Below, in pieces: positions 18,373 to 28,943 of a stretch of DNA of 64,000 nt. Made by a program: the position numbers and the translations under genes. The notes under the pieces were generated by a model that had not been told where the DNA came from, did not search any database, and worked only from the letters and a program-made list of their open reading frames with translations. This stretch comes from an uncultured Actinomycetes bacterium (GTDB lineage: Bacteria; Actinomycetota; Thermoleophilia; RBG-16-64-13): NCBI GenBank assembly GCA_963841735.1, contig CAWJDT010000005.1:32001-96000 (forward strand). Reading direction: 5' to 3'. Every line of letters begins with the position of its first letter. The stretch's first letter is position 1.

Positions 18373-19251
18373 TCAGTCGATTCCGAAGAAGGCCAGCATC
18401 TTCGGAAGGACAAAGTCGCAGAAGCCAAAGCCACCACCAGCGCCCTCGACGGACTCAAAAGTGATGCCTTCGGCGCCCAGCTTCTCCGCGTATTCCTTAA
18501 AGCGAAGGACCTTCTGATACATCCCGTCTTCGGTCCCGCAAGGCAGGTAGGTCTTCGGCACGTTCCCGGCCGCCACAGCCTCGCGGAACCGATCCCAGGT
18601 GTGCTCACAGGAGTCCAAGAAACCACCCACCGACGCATACTTGACGATCTTGTTGACTTCTTTGGGTTTGATGCCGCTGGCCGGGTTTCCATAGGCCGTG
18701 GAGAATGCCTTGTTGTCGGCCGTGGCCTTCGCCAGAAACTCGCCCCTCTCCATGTCCCGAAACGGCTCCAGGAACGTGTAGCTGATGGGAGGACTCCCTA
18801 TCGGTGCCACCCCCCCGAACCTCTCCGGATGCTGCAGCCCGTACATCCAAGCCGCCGCCGCGCCCATGGAGAACCCCGCGATGAAGTTGTCTTCCGCCTG
18901 CTCGGACGCCGGAAGCCAGTTGTACACAAACGGCATCAGCTCATCGAAGAAGAAATCGCTGTAGTTGTATCCGTCAGCGAACTGCGGATGGTTGGCGAAA
19001 TCGCTGTTGAGACCGCTGGGCATCACCACGATCACTTCCCGGTCTGCCACGTAGCGAGCCAGGCTGGTGTTGCGTATCCAGTCCTGGCGGTCGCCCATGC
19101 CGGCATGAAGCATCCACAGCACCTTGTACTTCTTCCCCGACTCGTAGAACTCTCTCGCGTCCACACCCACCTCGGGACTCGGGACGAGGACGGTAAGGTC
19201 GGTCGGGCCGGCCAGGATCCTGCTCTTCAGATTGATGGTGTACTCAGACAT
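18373..19251 (-). CDS. Esterase (tributyrin esterase/S-formylglutathione hydrolase family)
   Basis: KVLWMLH, DELMP, FIAGFSMG, CGTED. Confidence 0.85.
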   Translation of the reverse strand: MSEYTINLKSRILAGPTDLTVLVPSPEVGVDAREFYESGKKYKVLWMLHAGMGDRQDWIRNTSLARYVADREVIVVMPSGLNSDFANHPQFADGYNYSDFFFDELMPFVYNWLPASEQAEDNFIAGFSMGAAAAWMYGLQHPERFGGVAPIGSPPISYTFLEPFRDMERGEFLAKATADNKAFSTAYGNPASGIKPKEVNKIVKYASVGGFLDSCEHTWDRFREAVAAGNVPKTYLPCGTEDGMYQKVLRFKEYAEKLGAEGITFESVEGAGGGFGFCDFVLPKMLAFFGID

Positions 19252-19262
19252 CGGACCCCCCG

Positions 19263-20501
19263 TCAGAACTCAACGATTCTTATGCCGCCGGGACTTGTGG
19301 CCTTCGCCCCCGTGCCGGTCGCACGCAGAGAGCCGTCGGCCGCGATAGAGAACGTCGCGACATTGCCCGACTGCATATGGGCGGCAAAGAGGAAGCGCCC
19401 GTCGGCCGAGATATGCAGGCCGCGAGGGTTCACACCTCCGGAATCCAAGACTTCGCGGAGCGAGATGGCCCCGGTATCGTCGATGTCGAGCACGGAGATG
19501 GTGTTCTTGAAACGAGTTGAAACGTACAGGCATTTGCCACTGGGATGGATGACCAAATCTGCAGGTTCGGGCGTGTTCGGACGCCCCGACTTCGCCAGGA
19601 TCACCGCTTCCATCTGCGTTACTTCCTCAAGGGTCTTGGGGTGCTTGAGCGTGGGACCTCCCGCAGCAGGGGCGTCCGCGCTCTCCTCAGCAAACAGTGG
19701 AGCCTCGGCCACGCGGTCCAGCGCCCCGGTCGCGACGTCGCAACGATAGGCGTGGACAACGGTGGTCTTCTCGTAGTTCGCGTAAAACACAGGCAGACTC
19801 GGATGGAAGGCGCCGTAGCGAGGCACGAGACCTTTCTCGACGCCGGTATCCCCCAACCAGAGCAACTTCCCGTTCTCTCGGTCGAGTCGGTAGGAATGAA
19901 ACTGCTCCAGCCCTTTGTCACACACGACGAGCAACTGGCCGGTGGGATCCGCCACCACGGAGTGTTGCCGTGACCACGGGTGAGGCCCCTGAGCACCATC
20001 CCCCGGCGTCAAAGCGACATCGCATGCCTCGCCGAGGCTTCCGTCGTCGTTGATGCGGAACAGCACCAGAGCGGTATCGTCGAAAACCACTTCGGTGGAA
20101 TAGCCCGTCTCACCCTTGACGACCTTGGTGACAAAACCGAAATCGGCGTGGTGTGACACGACGAGGTACCGGCGTGTTGCGTCTAACAACGTATAGCAGG
20201 GCTCCTGCGACAACGTGCGCTGCTCGTTGATGACGCTCACGTCTCCGGTTTCGGCCTCGATCTTCAGGGCCATGACGTATCCGCCACCACCGGTCTGCCC
20301 TCGCAGACTGGGGCGCTCATCGACCAGATAGACGATACCCCGCTCGCTGTCGACGCTCTGGTGCCCGACGTTGACCTCCTCAAGGACCGTTGCTACGGGC
20401 TCCATAGCAGCCGTCTCAGGGTCATAACTGAAGACACTCAGCCCCTTTTGCTCGGGCCCAAACCCAAAATTGCCTATTAACGCGTACATCTTCTTTGCCA
20501 T
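19263..20501 (-). CDS. Lactonase, 7-bladed beta-propeller (Pgl/cycloisomerase 2 family)
   Basis: HSVVADPTG, PRYGAFHP, HPSGKCLYVSTR, NPRGLHISADGRFL. Confidence 0.88.
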   Translation of the reverse strand: MAKKMYALIGNFGFGPEQKGLSVFSYDPETAAMEPVATVLEEVNVGHQSVDSERGIVYLVDERPSLRGQTGGGGYVMALKIEAETGDVSVINEQRTLSQEPCYTLLDATRRYLVVSHHADFGFVTKVVKGETGYSTEVVFDDTALVLFRINDDGSLGEACDVALTPGDGAQGPHPWSRQHSVVADPTGQLLVVCDKGLEQFHSYRLDRENGKLLWLGDTGVEKGLVPRYGAFHPSLPVFYANYEKTTVVHAYRCDVATGALDRVAEAPLFAEESADAPAAGGPTLKHPKTLEEVTQMEAVILAKSGRPNTPEPADLVIHPSGKCLYVSTRFKNTISVLDIDDTGAISLREVLDSGGVNPRGLHISADGRFLFAAHMQSGNVATFSIAADGSLRATGTGAKATSPGGIRIVEF

Positions 20502-20650
20502 GTCACTGCTCCCAACGCTTCTCTTACAGGGCCGACAAGCCTGACCAGCCGACCCCCATCAACCTATTTGATATGTCGCATTCAGTTTGGACACAAGCAC
20601 TTCGCCCACACTTGTCACGACCCTGGAACTCTCGACCCCTTGCTCTTCCC

Positions 20651-21848
20651 TCACACCATGATGCACGCCACCTGGTGACCAGGGCTTATCTCCCTGGTCT
20701 CGGGCATGGCCTCGCTACAGGCCCGTACGGCCACGCTGCAACGCTCATGAAAAGGACAACCTGCCGGTGGGTTAAGCGGGCTGGGCACCTCGCCGGCTAA
20801 GACGATCCGCTCCCGGGTCTGCCTCCACCACCGGGTCGGGCACCGGCACGGCCGAGAGCAGGGCCTTGGTGTAGGGATGAAGGGGGTGGTCGCAGAGCTC
20901 GGCCGCCGGGGCGCTCTCTACGATATGGCCTAGGTACATGACAACAATGCGGTCGCTCACGTGCTTGACCACCGCCAGATCATGAGCGATGAACAGATAG
21001 GAAAGGTCCTCGAACTTGGACTGCAGGTCCTTCAAGAGGTTGATCACCTGGGCCTGGATGGATACGTCCAAGGCCGAGATGGGCTCGTCGCAGATGATGA
21101 GCGAGGGATCACAGGCCAGGGCCCGGGCGATGCCGATGCGTTGGCGTTGGCCGCCGGAGAACTCATGGGGGAAGCGGCCGGCCATACGGGGGTCCAGGCC
21201 CACGATGCGCATTAGATCATCTACTCGGGCCCGGCGCTCCCCCTTTTCTTTGTAGGTCTTATGCACACGCATGGGCTCCCCGATGATGGAGCCGGCACAC
21301 TGGCGAGGGTCGAGCGAGCCATAGGGGTCCTGGAACATATAGGCCATCTTCTTGCGCAGAGGTTTCATCTGCCGCTCTTTAAGATGGGTGATGTCTTGGC
21401 CTTCGAAGAAGACCTGCCCGGCAGTAGGTTTGTAGAGCCGGATGATGGCCCGGCCCACCGTGGTCTTGCCGCAGCCACTCTCTCCCACCAGGCCCAGGAC
21501 TTCGCCCCTCTTGAGGTGGAGGCTGACCCCGTCGACGGCTTTGACATCGGCCACTTTGCGCAGGAGCAGGCCGCGCAGCACCGGGAACCAGACTTTGAGG
21601 TCTCTTACCTCTAAGACCAGGTCGCTCGGGGCGCGGCGGCCGTCCTTGCGGCTGCCGTCCTTGCGGTCACCGTCCTTGCGGCTGCCTCGGGCGCTCCCGT
21701 GGTCGCGATCCTTGCTGTGGTGGTCCTTGTGGTGATGGCGCCCGTCTTTGTCGCGGCGGTGCTCGTCGTGCCCACGAACATCTTTGTCGGAGCTCCCCTT
21801 TTCGCCCCGAGACCGGCCCTCTTCTCGCTGATGTTTGTCCGGCCTCAT
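20651..21848 (-). CDS. Opp/Dpp-type ABC ATPase (OppF-like) with His-rich N-terminal extension; frameshift near 20820
   Basis: [16 protein letters not shown]; C-terminal [19 protein letters not shown] continues in another frame. Confidence 0.9.
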
Positions 21849-22835
21849 TGGACTCCCCCTTCCGGGTTCACATAGCAGCGGGTGCAGTGGGCCTCACCCA
21901 CGGACTCAAGCTCGGGCCAGGGGTCGCACTGACAGCGCTCCACCGCATAGGTGCAGCGGGGCAGGAAGGCGCACTTGCCCGTCATGCGGCCCAAGTTGGG
22001 GGGCAGGCCCGGGATGGCTTCCAGCCGGCGGCCCTCCCCTTCGTCTATGCGCGGTACGCAGCGCAGTAGGCCGATGGTGTAGGGATGCCGGGGACGGGCG
22101 AATACTTCTTTGCAGGTGCCGCTCTCTACGATGCGTACCCGCGTACATGATGTAGAGGGTCTGGGCGTAGCGGGCCACCACTCCTAGGTTATGAGTCACG
22201 ATGACCAGCGAGGAGTTGAACTTGGCCACCGCCGCCACCATCATCTCCAGGAGCTGGGCCTGGGTGGTGACGTCCAGAGCGGTGGTGGGCTCGTCGGCGA
22301 TGACCAGTCTCGGGTTACAGGAGAGGGCCATGGCGATCATGGCCCTTTGTCTCATGCCGCCGCTGAACTGGTGGGGGTAGTCGCCCAGCCGGGTCTCGGC
22401 GTTGGGGATGCCTACCATCTCTAGCAGTTCGGTCGCGCGGGCTTTGGCTTCTTTCTTGTTCATCTTAAGATGGAGCTCCGGCATCTCGGTTAACTGCCGG
22501 CCGATGGTTAAGACCGGGTTGAGCGAGGTCATGGGCTCCTGGAAGATCATGGCTATCTTGCCGCCTCTGACCGAGCGCATCTCGGGGCCGTTGGCCTCAT
22601 AGGCCATGAGGTCGCGGCCTTCAAAGAGGATCTCGCCTTGCGTGATCTTGCCGGGGGGGCGGATGAGGCGCATCACCGAGAGCTGGGTGACCGACTTGCC
22701 GCAACCCGACTCGCCTACCACCCCTACGATCTCTTGCTCGTTGATGGTAAAGGAGACGTCGTCCACGGCCTTTACCAGGCCGTCGTCGGTACGGAACTGG
22801 GTGTGGAGGTTCTTGACTTCTAGGAGGGGGGTCAT
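21845..22835 (-). CDS. Opp/Dpp-type ABC ATPase (OppD-like); frameshift near 22140
   Basis: [24 protein letters not shown]; HPYT..CAFLPRC in shifted frame ending in an ATGA overlap. Confidence 0.9.
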
Positions 22836-22858
22836 GGTGTCCTTGGGACCACCCATCG

Positions 22859-23770
22859 CTAGATCAGTCCCCTGAGTCGCGGATCCAGAGCGTCGCGCAG
22901 CCCATCGCCCATCATGTTGAAGCCGAAGACCGCGAGCGCGAGTGGGATCATGGGGGCGAACGAGAGCAGCGGGTTTGTCATAAGGAATCTCTGCCCATCA
23001 GAGATCATGCTTCCCCAGGCCGCGGTCGGGGGGCTGATACCCACACCGAGGTAGCTCAGGGCAGCCTCCGCCAATATAACCGCGCCCATACCGGTGGTGA
23101 TGCTGACCAAGATGGGTGGAAAGGCGTTGGGGAAGATATGCCTGACCATAGTGCGAATATTGCCTCCGCCCATCGCCCTCATCGCCAGCACGTAGTCATT
23201 CTCCTTGACCGACAGCACCTGACCACACATCAAACGTCCGTGCGCAGAGATGCCCTGGATGCCGAGGGCAAAGATCACGTTCCGCACTCCTCCCCCCAAA
23301 ACGACCGACAGCACAATCGCAAAGATCAACATGGGAAGCGCCTGGAGAATATCCAAGAGACGCATGATGACGTTGAATATCCAGCCACCGAAGTACCCGG
23401 CGACTAGACCCAAGATCACTCCGACGACAGTGGATAGGCCGACAGCGCCCAGACCGACCAGCAGAGAGACCCTGGCGCCGTAGATGACTCGGCTGAACGT
23501 GTCTCGCCCGATGGAATCGGTACCCAGCCAATGCTCGCTACTGACCGGTGCCAGTTTGCCTATCTTGCCCGATTCGAGATAATCCACTTCGAAGGGGTCG
23601 AGGGGCGCCAGTAGTGGGGCGAAGATGGCCATCAGAACCACCAGCGAGATTATGACAAGGCCAACGACCGCGAGCTTCCGCCGAAAGAAGATCCGCGCGA
23701 TGTTCCTCCACTCGGCCCTGCTTGGCAGCACCCCCTCATCCACGCATTGGGCCACTTCAGGCGAGGCCAC
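22859..23770 (-). CDS. ABC permease (OppC/DppC-like)
   Basis: HWLGTDSIGRD, EAALSYLG, GDGLRDALDPR. Confidence 0.93.
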   Translation of the reverse strand: MASPEVAQCVDEGVLPSRAEWRNIARIFFRRKLAVVGLVIISLVVLMAIFAPLLAPLDPFEVDYLESGKIGKLAPVSSEHWLGTDSIGRDTFSRVIYGARVSLLVGLGAVGLSTVVGVILGLVAGYFGGWIFNVIMRLLDILQALPMLIFAIVLSVVLGGGVRNVIFALGIQGISAHGRLMCGQVLSVKENDYVLAMRAMGGGNIRTMVRHIFPNAFPPILVSITTGMGAVILAEAALSYLGVGISPPTAAWGSMISDGQRFLMTNPLLSFAPMIPLALAVFGFNMMGDGLRDALDPRLRGLI

Positions 23771-23803
23771 AGTACCTGTCCTCCATTAGTCTCAAGACCA
23801 CTC

Positions 23804-24760
23804 CTACTTGTAATGTATTCTGGGATCGACCCACCCATAGGCGATGTCCACCAGAAGGTTCACTAGGACGACGATCGCGCCTACGACCAGCACAGCGCCC
23901 TGGACCACCATGTAGTCCTTGTTCATGACTCCGTCCATGATCAGTCTGCCCATGCCAGGTATGGAGAAGACCACCTCGATGACCACCGCTCCGCCGAAGA
24001 TGTAGCTGACCTGCATGCCCAAGGTGGTGATGACAGGGATCAAGCCGTTCTTGACCACGTGACGAAGGACCACGGTCTTCTCTCTCAGACCCTTGGACCA
24101 GGCCGTGCGGACGTAGTCCTGTTGGATGACCTCCAGCATGCTGGAACGTGTCTGCCGCGTGAGTGCCGCCGTGCCGAACAGAGAGAGACCGAGCACCGGC
24201 ATGACCAGCTTCCTGAGATTGTCGCCCAGGTCATCGAAGGGCGACGTGTACCCGTAGGTCGGCAGCCAGTGCAGCTTGATCGCGAACACGTAGATCATAA
24301 ATATGCCGAGCGCGAAACTCGGTATCGTTATTCCCGCGTTCGCGAGCGCACTGAGGGCGCTGTCCAACCACTTGCCCCTCCGAAGTGCGCATATGATGCC
24401 AAGAGTGATCCCAGACAATCCGCACAGTAGCAGGGTGAAGAAGGCAAGATTCAGGGTAACGGGTAGCCGCTGACCTATTAGGCGCCCAACACTCCGCTGT
24501 AGGGCGATCGAATCCCCAAGATCTCCGTGGAACACACCTCCTAGCCAATTGACGTACTGAACCACCACAGGTTTATCCAGACCATATTCATGTCTGAGTA
24601 TCTCTTGGCGCTCAGGTGAATATGACTCGTATTCGCCCATCCCAACAAACAGCATCAACGGGTCACCTGGCAGAAGGCGCATCAGACCGAACGTCAGCAC
24701 GGATATCCCGAACAGCACCAAGATGCCTAGTAGTAGACGCCGAATGATGTATGCGGTCAC
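23804..24760 (-). CDS. ABC permease (OppB/DppB-like)
   Basis: YIIRRL, PGDP, DYVRTAWSKGL, DPRI. Confidence 0.93.
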   Translation of the reverse strand: MTAYIIRRLLLGILVLFGISVLTFGLMRLLPGDPLMLFVGMGEYESYSPERQEILRHEYGLDKPVVVQYVNWLGGVFHGDLGDSIALQRSVGRLIGQRLPVTLNLAFFTLLLCGLSGITLGIICALRRGKWLDSALSALANAGITIPSFALGIFMIYVFAIKLHWLPTYGYTSPFDDLGDNLRKLVMPVLGLSLFGTAALTRQTRSSMLEVIQQDYVRTAWSKGLREKTVVLRHVVKNGLIPVITTLGMQVSYIFGGAVVIEVVFSIPGMGRLIMDGVMNKDYMVVQGAVLVVGAIVVLVNLLVDIAYGWVDPRIHYK

Positions 24761-24815
24761 TAGTGGCTCCCGATTAGATTCTCAGTGATTCCAAGGTTCA
24801 CACTCGTTTGCGTGG

Positions 24816-24858
24816 TCCGAGCTGGCGGGCGGCCCATCTCGGTGCCCGCCAGCTCGGA
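24816..24858 (-). terminator. 15-bp stem hairpin between binding protein and permease
   Basis: TCCGAGCTGGCGGGC-N13-GCCCGCCAGCTCGGA. Confidence 0.65.
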
Positions 24859-24895
24859 TCAACGGTAGCTAGCTCAATCGCGATCTACAGACAGG

Positions 24896-26574
24896 CTACT
24901 TGCTCAGCCAGATGATCGACGGATCGAATTCACCCGTCCACTGACCGGCACCCATGTCGTGCAGATTCTTTCCGATCAACTTGTAGTTGGTCCTCAAGTA
25001 CTGCGGTAGCGCGATGCAGAAGTCATCCACAGCGATCTTGTTGAGCTGCTTGTAGTAGTCGGCCTTCTTGACCAGATCCGATTCAGCCAACATCGTACTG
25101 GTAGACGGCATCGTACTCATCCGGGATGTACTGAAGCGGGAACCAACTCGAACCCTTGGAGAGGGCTTCGCTAAGCGTGCTCACATACGGCAGCGGCAGC
25201 TGGTACGAAGTCTGAAGCGCACACATCTCACCCGCTGCTTGCTTCTTGCTGTAATCACCCCAGCCGACGTTGTCCAGACCGTTCAGCGTGATGTTGACGC
25301 CTACCTTGGCCAAGGCCTCCTGTATTGCCGTGAACAGGTCGTCGTTCTCGGGGTTCGTTTGATAGGTGAGAGTCGCTGCGAGGGGCTTTGCGAGACCATA
25401 CCCTGCTTCCGTCAAGCAACGCCAGGGCCGCAGCTTCGTCGTAGGAGTATCCCTTGATGCTGGAGTCGTAACCCTGAAGTTCCTTGTCGTCTATCTTGGC
25501 GGCGAACTGATTCGTGGTCCCATACATTCCATCGAATGCCGCGTCGATGATGATGTCGTAGGGCGCGGCCATAGCGATGGCTTGCCTGACCTTCAGGTCG
25601 CTGAACGGTGAGTCGGCGCTGGTGCTGTCCCAGGTGATGCCCATGATGCCGGACACCATGAAGAGCGACGTGTAGCCCTGGCCCTCGGCTTCCTTCACCT
25701 GCGCGCCCGAGACTCCCTCGAGGTAGTCGCATTCGCCGTTCATGAACGCGGCGAACCTGACAGTCGGATCAGTGACCATTTCCACACGGATTCCATCCAA
25801 GTAGGGCAGACCCTCTTGCCAGTAGTCGGGGTTAGCCACGAGATCGATGGAGACATCAGGAGCGAAGTCCTTGAACATGAAGGGGCCCGTCCCGACTGGA
25901 TGGGTCTTGATGTCGTCCCCGTACAGGTCGTAAGCAGCCGGGGAGACCATCATGACGGCATCCTCCATCGACTCAAGGAGGATGGAATCCCAGTTAGTGA
26001 GAGTGACAACGACGGTCTTGGCATCGACTACTTCACACGACGCCATATTCTGTAGGGCACCAACGCCCATTTCCTCGCTCTTCTCGAGATTCCACTTCAC
26101 AGCATCGGCGTTGAAGTCGGTGCCGTCCTGGAATTTCACGCCCTCCCTCAAGGTGAACGTGTAGGTCTTGGCGGCGGCATCAGTTTCCCATTTGGTAGCC
26201 AACTGCGGGACGCGGCTCCCGTCAGGACCGATGCCTACGAGACCCTCGCAAACGGCCCGGGCCACATACGCGTTCGGCCCAGGCATGTTGTCCCAAGGTG
26301 CTCCGAAGTTGCCAAGCGTCATGCCAAGGATCATCTTCATGGTCCCGCCGGTCACGGGCGTGGCAGCCGGATCCGCCGGATACCCCTGCGGGTTCGCCAG
26401 CACGCTTTTCGCGACTCCGGCATCAGTAGTGGCGGTTGTATCACCGGTGCCGGTGGTGACCGTGGGACCGGTGCTAGGAACTGTCGTTGTCGTGGTCTCG
26501 TCGCCGCACGCCGCCACGCAGATAGCGGTGGCCGCTAGAGCCAACACCAAGAACAATAGAAGGCTTCTTTTCAC
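24896..26574 (-). CDS. Family 5 ABC substrate-binding lipoprotein; two frameshifts (~25415, ~25085)
   Basis: Lipobox AAC; FTLREGVKFQDGTDFNADAVK; PVGTGPF; LKVRQAI; three consecutive ORF pieces. Confidence 0.88.
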
Positions 26575-26771
26575 TTTGTCCGCTCCTCCCCTGTTTCGCG
26601 CAATATTCCGTCCCTGCATCTGTTACGCCTCTTCAACTCCAACTCCAGGATGCCACCCCCATTTCGCTAGCCATTTGGCAACAAGGCCCTTCCGCAAATG
26701 CCCTACTGGTGGTTGCTTTCGCCCTTCCAGTGCAACCCAATACGGAGACGGCACCGAGCCGCGCCGTGAAG

Positions 26772-27017
26772 TCATTCTCCGCGCCCGCTCGAGCTGAAGC
26801 CGCGGGCCCCGTCCCAACGTTCCGCGGTCACGTCCGACCTCAAGCCATCCCCAGCGAAGCCGCCGTCGCGCAGCCTGAACGACTCACCACCTTCATAGCG
26901 GGCCATCACCAAACGCAGGCCTGCCTCAACGAGACCGCGCATAGTCGTACCGTTTGCGGTGGCGACGAGTTTTGCCTCCTGGAAAAGCGCATCAGCAATA
27001 TCTATGGTTGTCTTCAT
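26772..27017 (-). CDS. VapB-like RHH antitoxin (copy 2)
   Basis: MKTTIDIADALFQEAK...; paralog of 10937-11182. Confidence 0.78.
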   Translation of the reverse strand: MKTTIDIADALFQEAKLVATANGTTMRGLVEAGLRLVMARYEGGESFRLRDGGFAGDGLRSDVTAERWDGARGFSSSGRGE

Positions 27018-27031
27018 ATGGGTGACCATAT
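27016..27031. promoter_or_regulatory. Palindrome ATATGG-GTGA-CCATAT at antitoxin start (probable autorepression operator)
   Basis: Inverted repeat overlapping the start codon. Confidence 0.45.
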
Positions 27032-27312
27032 CACGGCGATTCTGGTCAAGTCAACCGCAGCTACTACGAAGACGGGAATGGGCACCAGAGAGGCAACCCG
27101 GCAGGGTTTCGGACAAGGGGCGTGCACCCCTCGAGATGGGTCGCCCGGCTACACTGGTGCTGTCAAAAGACAGAAGACCAGAGCAAAAGGTGCGCCAAAA
27201 GCAGCCGGAGGGACAGGGCAGCTGACGAGTGATAAGCCGGCGAGTGATAAGCCAGACACTGGGGTCCGCTTCCCCGCGGTTCCCCCCGCCCAGCCCGCGT
27301 GGACCAGGCGCG

Positions 27313-27759
27313 CTAAGCGCCGATGAGCGGGTTTCTTACTTTGAGGTTCGGAAAGCTGCTGTAGTCGCGATGAGCCGACCAGAGTTCGGAGACACCGTGG
27401 TGAAGACAGAGAGCAGCCACCCGCGCATGGTTGACCGCTTGGCCGGTGGCCTTCGATGCGAGCAACTGATGGGAGAGCTCTTCCCAATAGATGCGGCCGC
27501 CGCGACCCTCCGTCAAGACAACAAGCGAGGGGGATTCCAACCAAGCATCCACCTGCGCGATGGCGCGATCATAGGGTGTAGGCGTCTTGAACACGAGCTG
27601 ATTGGTAACAGTCACCAGAAACCCGTACAGAGACGGCCAGAGAAGGGCCCAGGGCTCCGCCCCCTCAGCGAGCACTCGTACGCAATCGCGCGCGGCCTCG
27701 AACCAGTGCCCATCGGCGCGATGGCTGTAGACCAGAATGTTCGTGTCTACCGCAATCAG
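27313..27759 (-). CDS. VapC/PIN-domain toxin, possibly inactivated (non-canonical CTG start)
   Basis: IAVDTNILVY, WLESP, LWSA.RDYS.FP.L.VRNPL; several expected acidic PIN residues appear substituted. Confidence 0.75.
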   Translation of the reverse strand: MIAVDTNILVYSHRADGHWFEAARDCVRVLAEGAEPWALLWPSLYGFLVTVTNQLVFKTPTPYDRAIAQVDAWLESPSLVVLTEGRGGRIYWEELSHQLLASKATGQAVNHARVAALCLHHGVSELWSAHRDYSSFPNLKVRNPLIGA

Positions 27760-27986
27760 GCCCTTCCCGCGTCCGGGCTGGGAGGCGCGCTGATCGCCCA
27801 AAGGCGCACTTCCAGAAGCTATCTCCAAGCCCCCACCTCTCGAGGTAGACACGTTTCAGTCACCAAGATTAGAGCCGTTCCCACAATCGTGTCAACCCGC
27901 GTTGAGAATCCGGCACCAGCGGCAAGGCCCTTCCCGGCGCCCCCGCCCCCCCCTCGGGGCTCGCGCCATCTACCTAGAAGCTTCCC

Positions 27987-28943
27987 CTACAGCTCGTTGA
28001 TCTCCTTGGCCCTCCAGCAAGACACTGAGTGTCCCGGCAGTACCTTGACGAGGTGCTGCGGCTCCTGGCACCCATCCCTCGCATATCCACATCTTGCGGC
28101 AAAGCGGCAGCCCGGCTTCGGATTGATGGGCGATACGATCTCACCCTTGAGAAGAATGCGCTTCTTCTCACGGTGGATATCCGTTGATGGGATAGCTGAC
28201 AGAAGCGCCTTGGTGTACGGATGCAGCGGCTGCTCAAACAGCTCCCCAGCGGGAGACGTCTCGACGATCTGTCCCAGGTACATGACGCATATCTCATCAG
28301 ATATGTGACGCACAACGGACAAATCGTGGGTCACGAACACATACGTCAGGCCCTGCTCGTCTTGGAGGTCTTGGAGCAGGTTCAGCACTTGCGCACTGAT
28401 AGAGACATCCAAGGCCGAGACCGGCTCGTCGCACACCACCAGCTTGGGCTTCAGCGCAAGTGCGCGGCCTATGCCCACTCTCTGTCTTCTGCCTCCGTCA
28501 AGCTCGTGCGGATAAGCGACCCTGATGCGCTTGTCGATGCCGACCATGTCCATGATGCGCCCCGTCTCCTCCAGCCGTTCCTTTCGGGAATAGCGACCGG
28601 AGATGGTGAGAGGCTCCATGATGGTTTGCTGGACGGTCATCCTGGGATTCAAGGACGAAAACGGGTCCTGAAAGATGAACTGCATGTCCTCTCTCAGCTT
28701 GCGCAGCTTCTTCCCATCGACCTTCGTCACATCCTCGCCCTCGTAAAGTATCGTCCCACCGGTGCTCTCGAGGAGGTGGATCATGGTACGCCCAAGTGTC
28801 GACTTGCCGCAGCCCGATTCGCCCACCACTCCCAGCGTCTTGCCCTTTTCGATGGAAAGCGACACGTCATCGACCGCGTGCAACATCCCTCGGGGGGTCG
28901 CAAAGTACTTCTGCAGCTTCCTGGTCTCGATCAACGGAGGCAT
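27987..28943 (-). CDS. Opp/Dpp-type ABC ATPase (OppF-like), second system
   Basis: [31 protein letters not shown]. Confidence 0.92.
   Translation of the reverse strand: MPPLIETRKLQKYFATPRGMLHAVDDVSLSIEKGKTLGVVGESGCGKSTLGRTMIHLLESTGGTILYEGEDVTKVDGKKLRKLREDMQFIFQDPFSSLNPRMTVQQTIMEPLTISGRYSRKERLEETGRIMDMVGIDKRIRVAYPHELDGGRRQRVGIGRALALKPKLVVCDEPVSALDVSISAQVLNLLQDLQDEQGLTYVFVTHDLSVVRHISDEICVMYLGQIVETSPAGELFEQPLHPYTKALLSAIPSTDIHREKKRILLKGEIVSPINPKPGCRFAARCGYARDGCQEPQHLVKVLPGHSVSCWRAKEINEL

Noticed and set aside
20557-20572. ATCAA-N5-TTGAT palindrome as an FNR box
   Set aside because: Half-sites reversed and spacing wrong for FNR; single occurrence
27225-27253. Direct repeat CGAGTGATAAGCC x2
   Set aside because: Two copies with a 2-bp gap; not a CRISPR or iteron array; could be a local duplication
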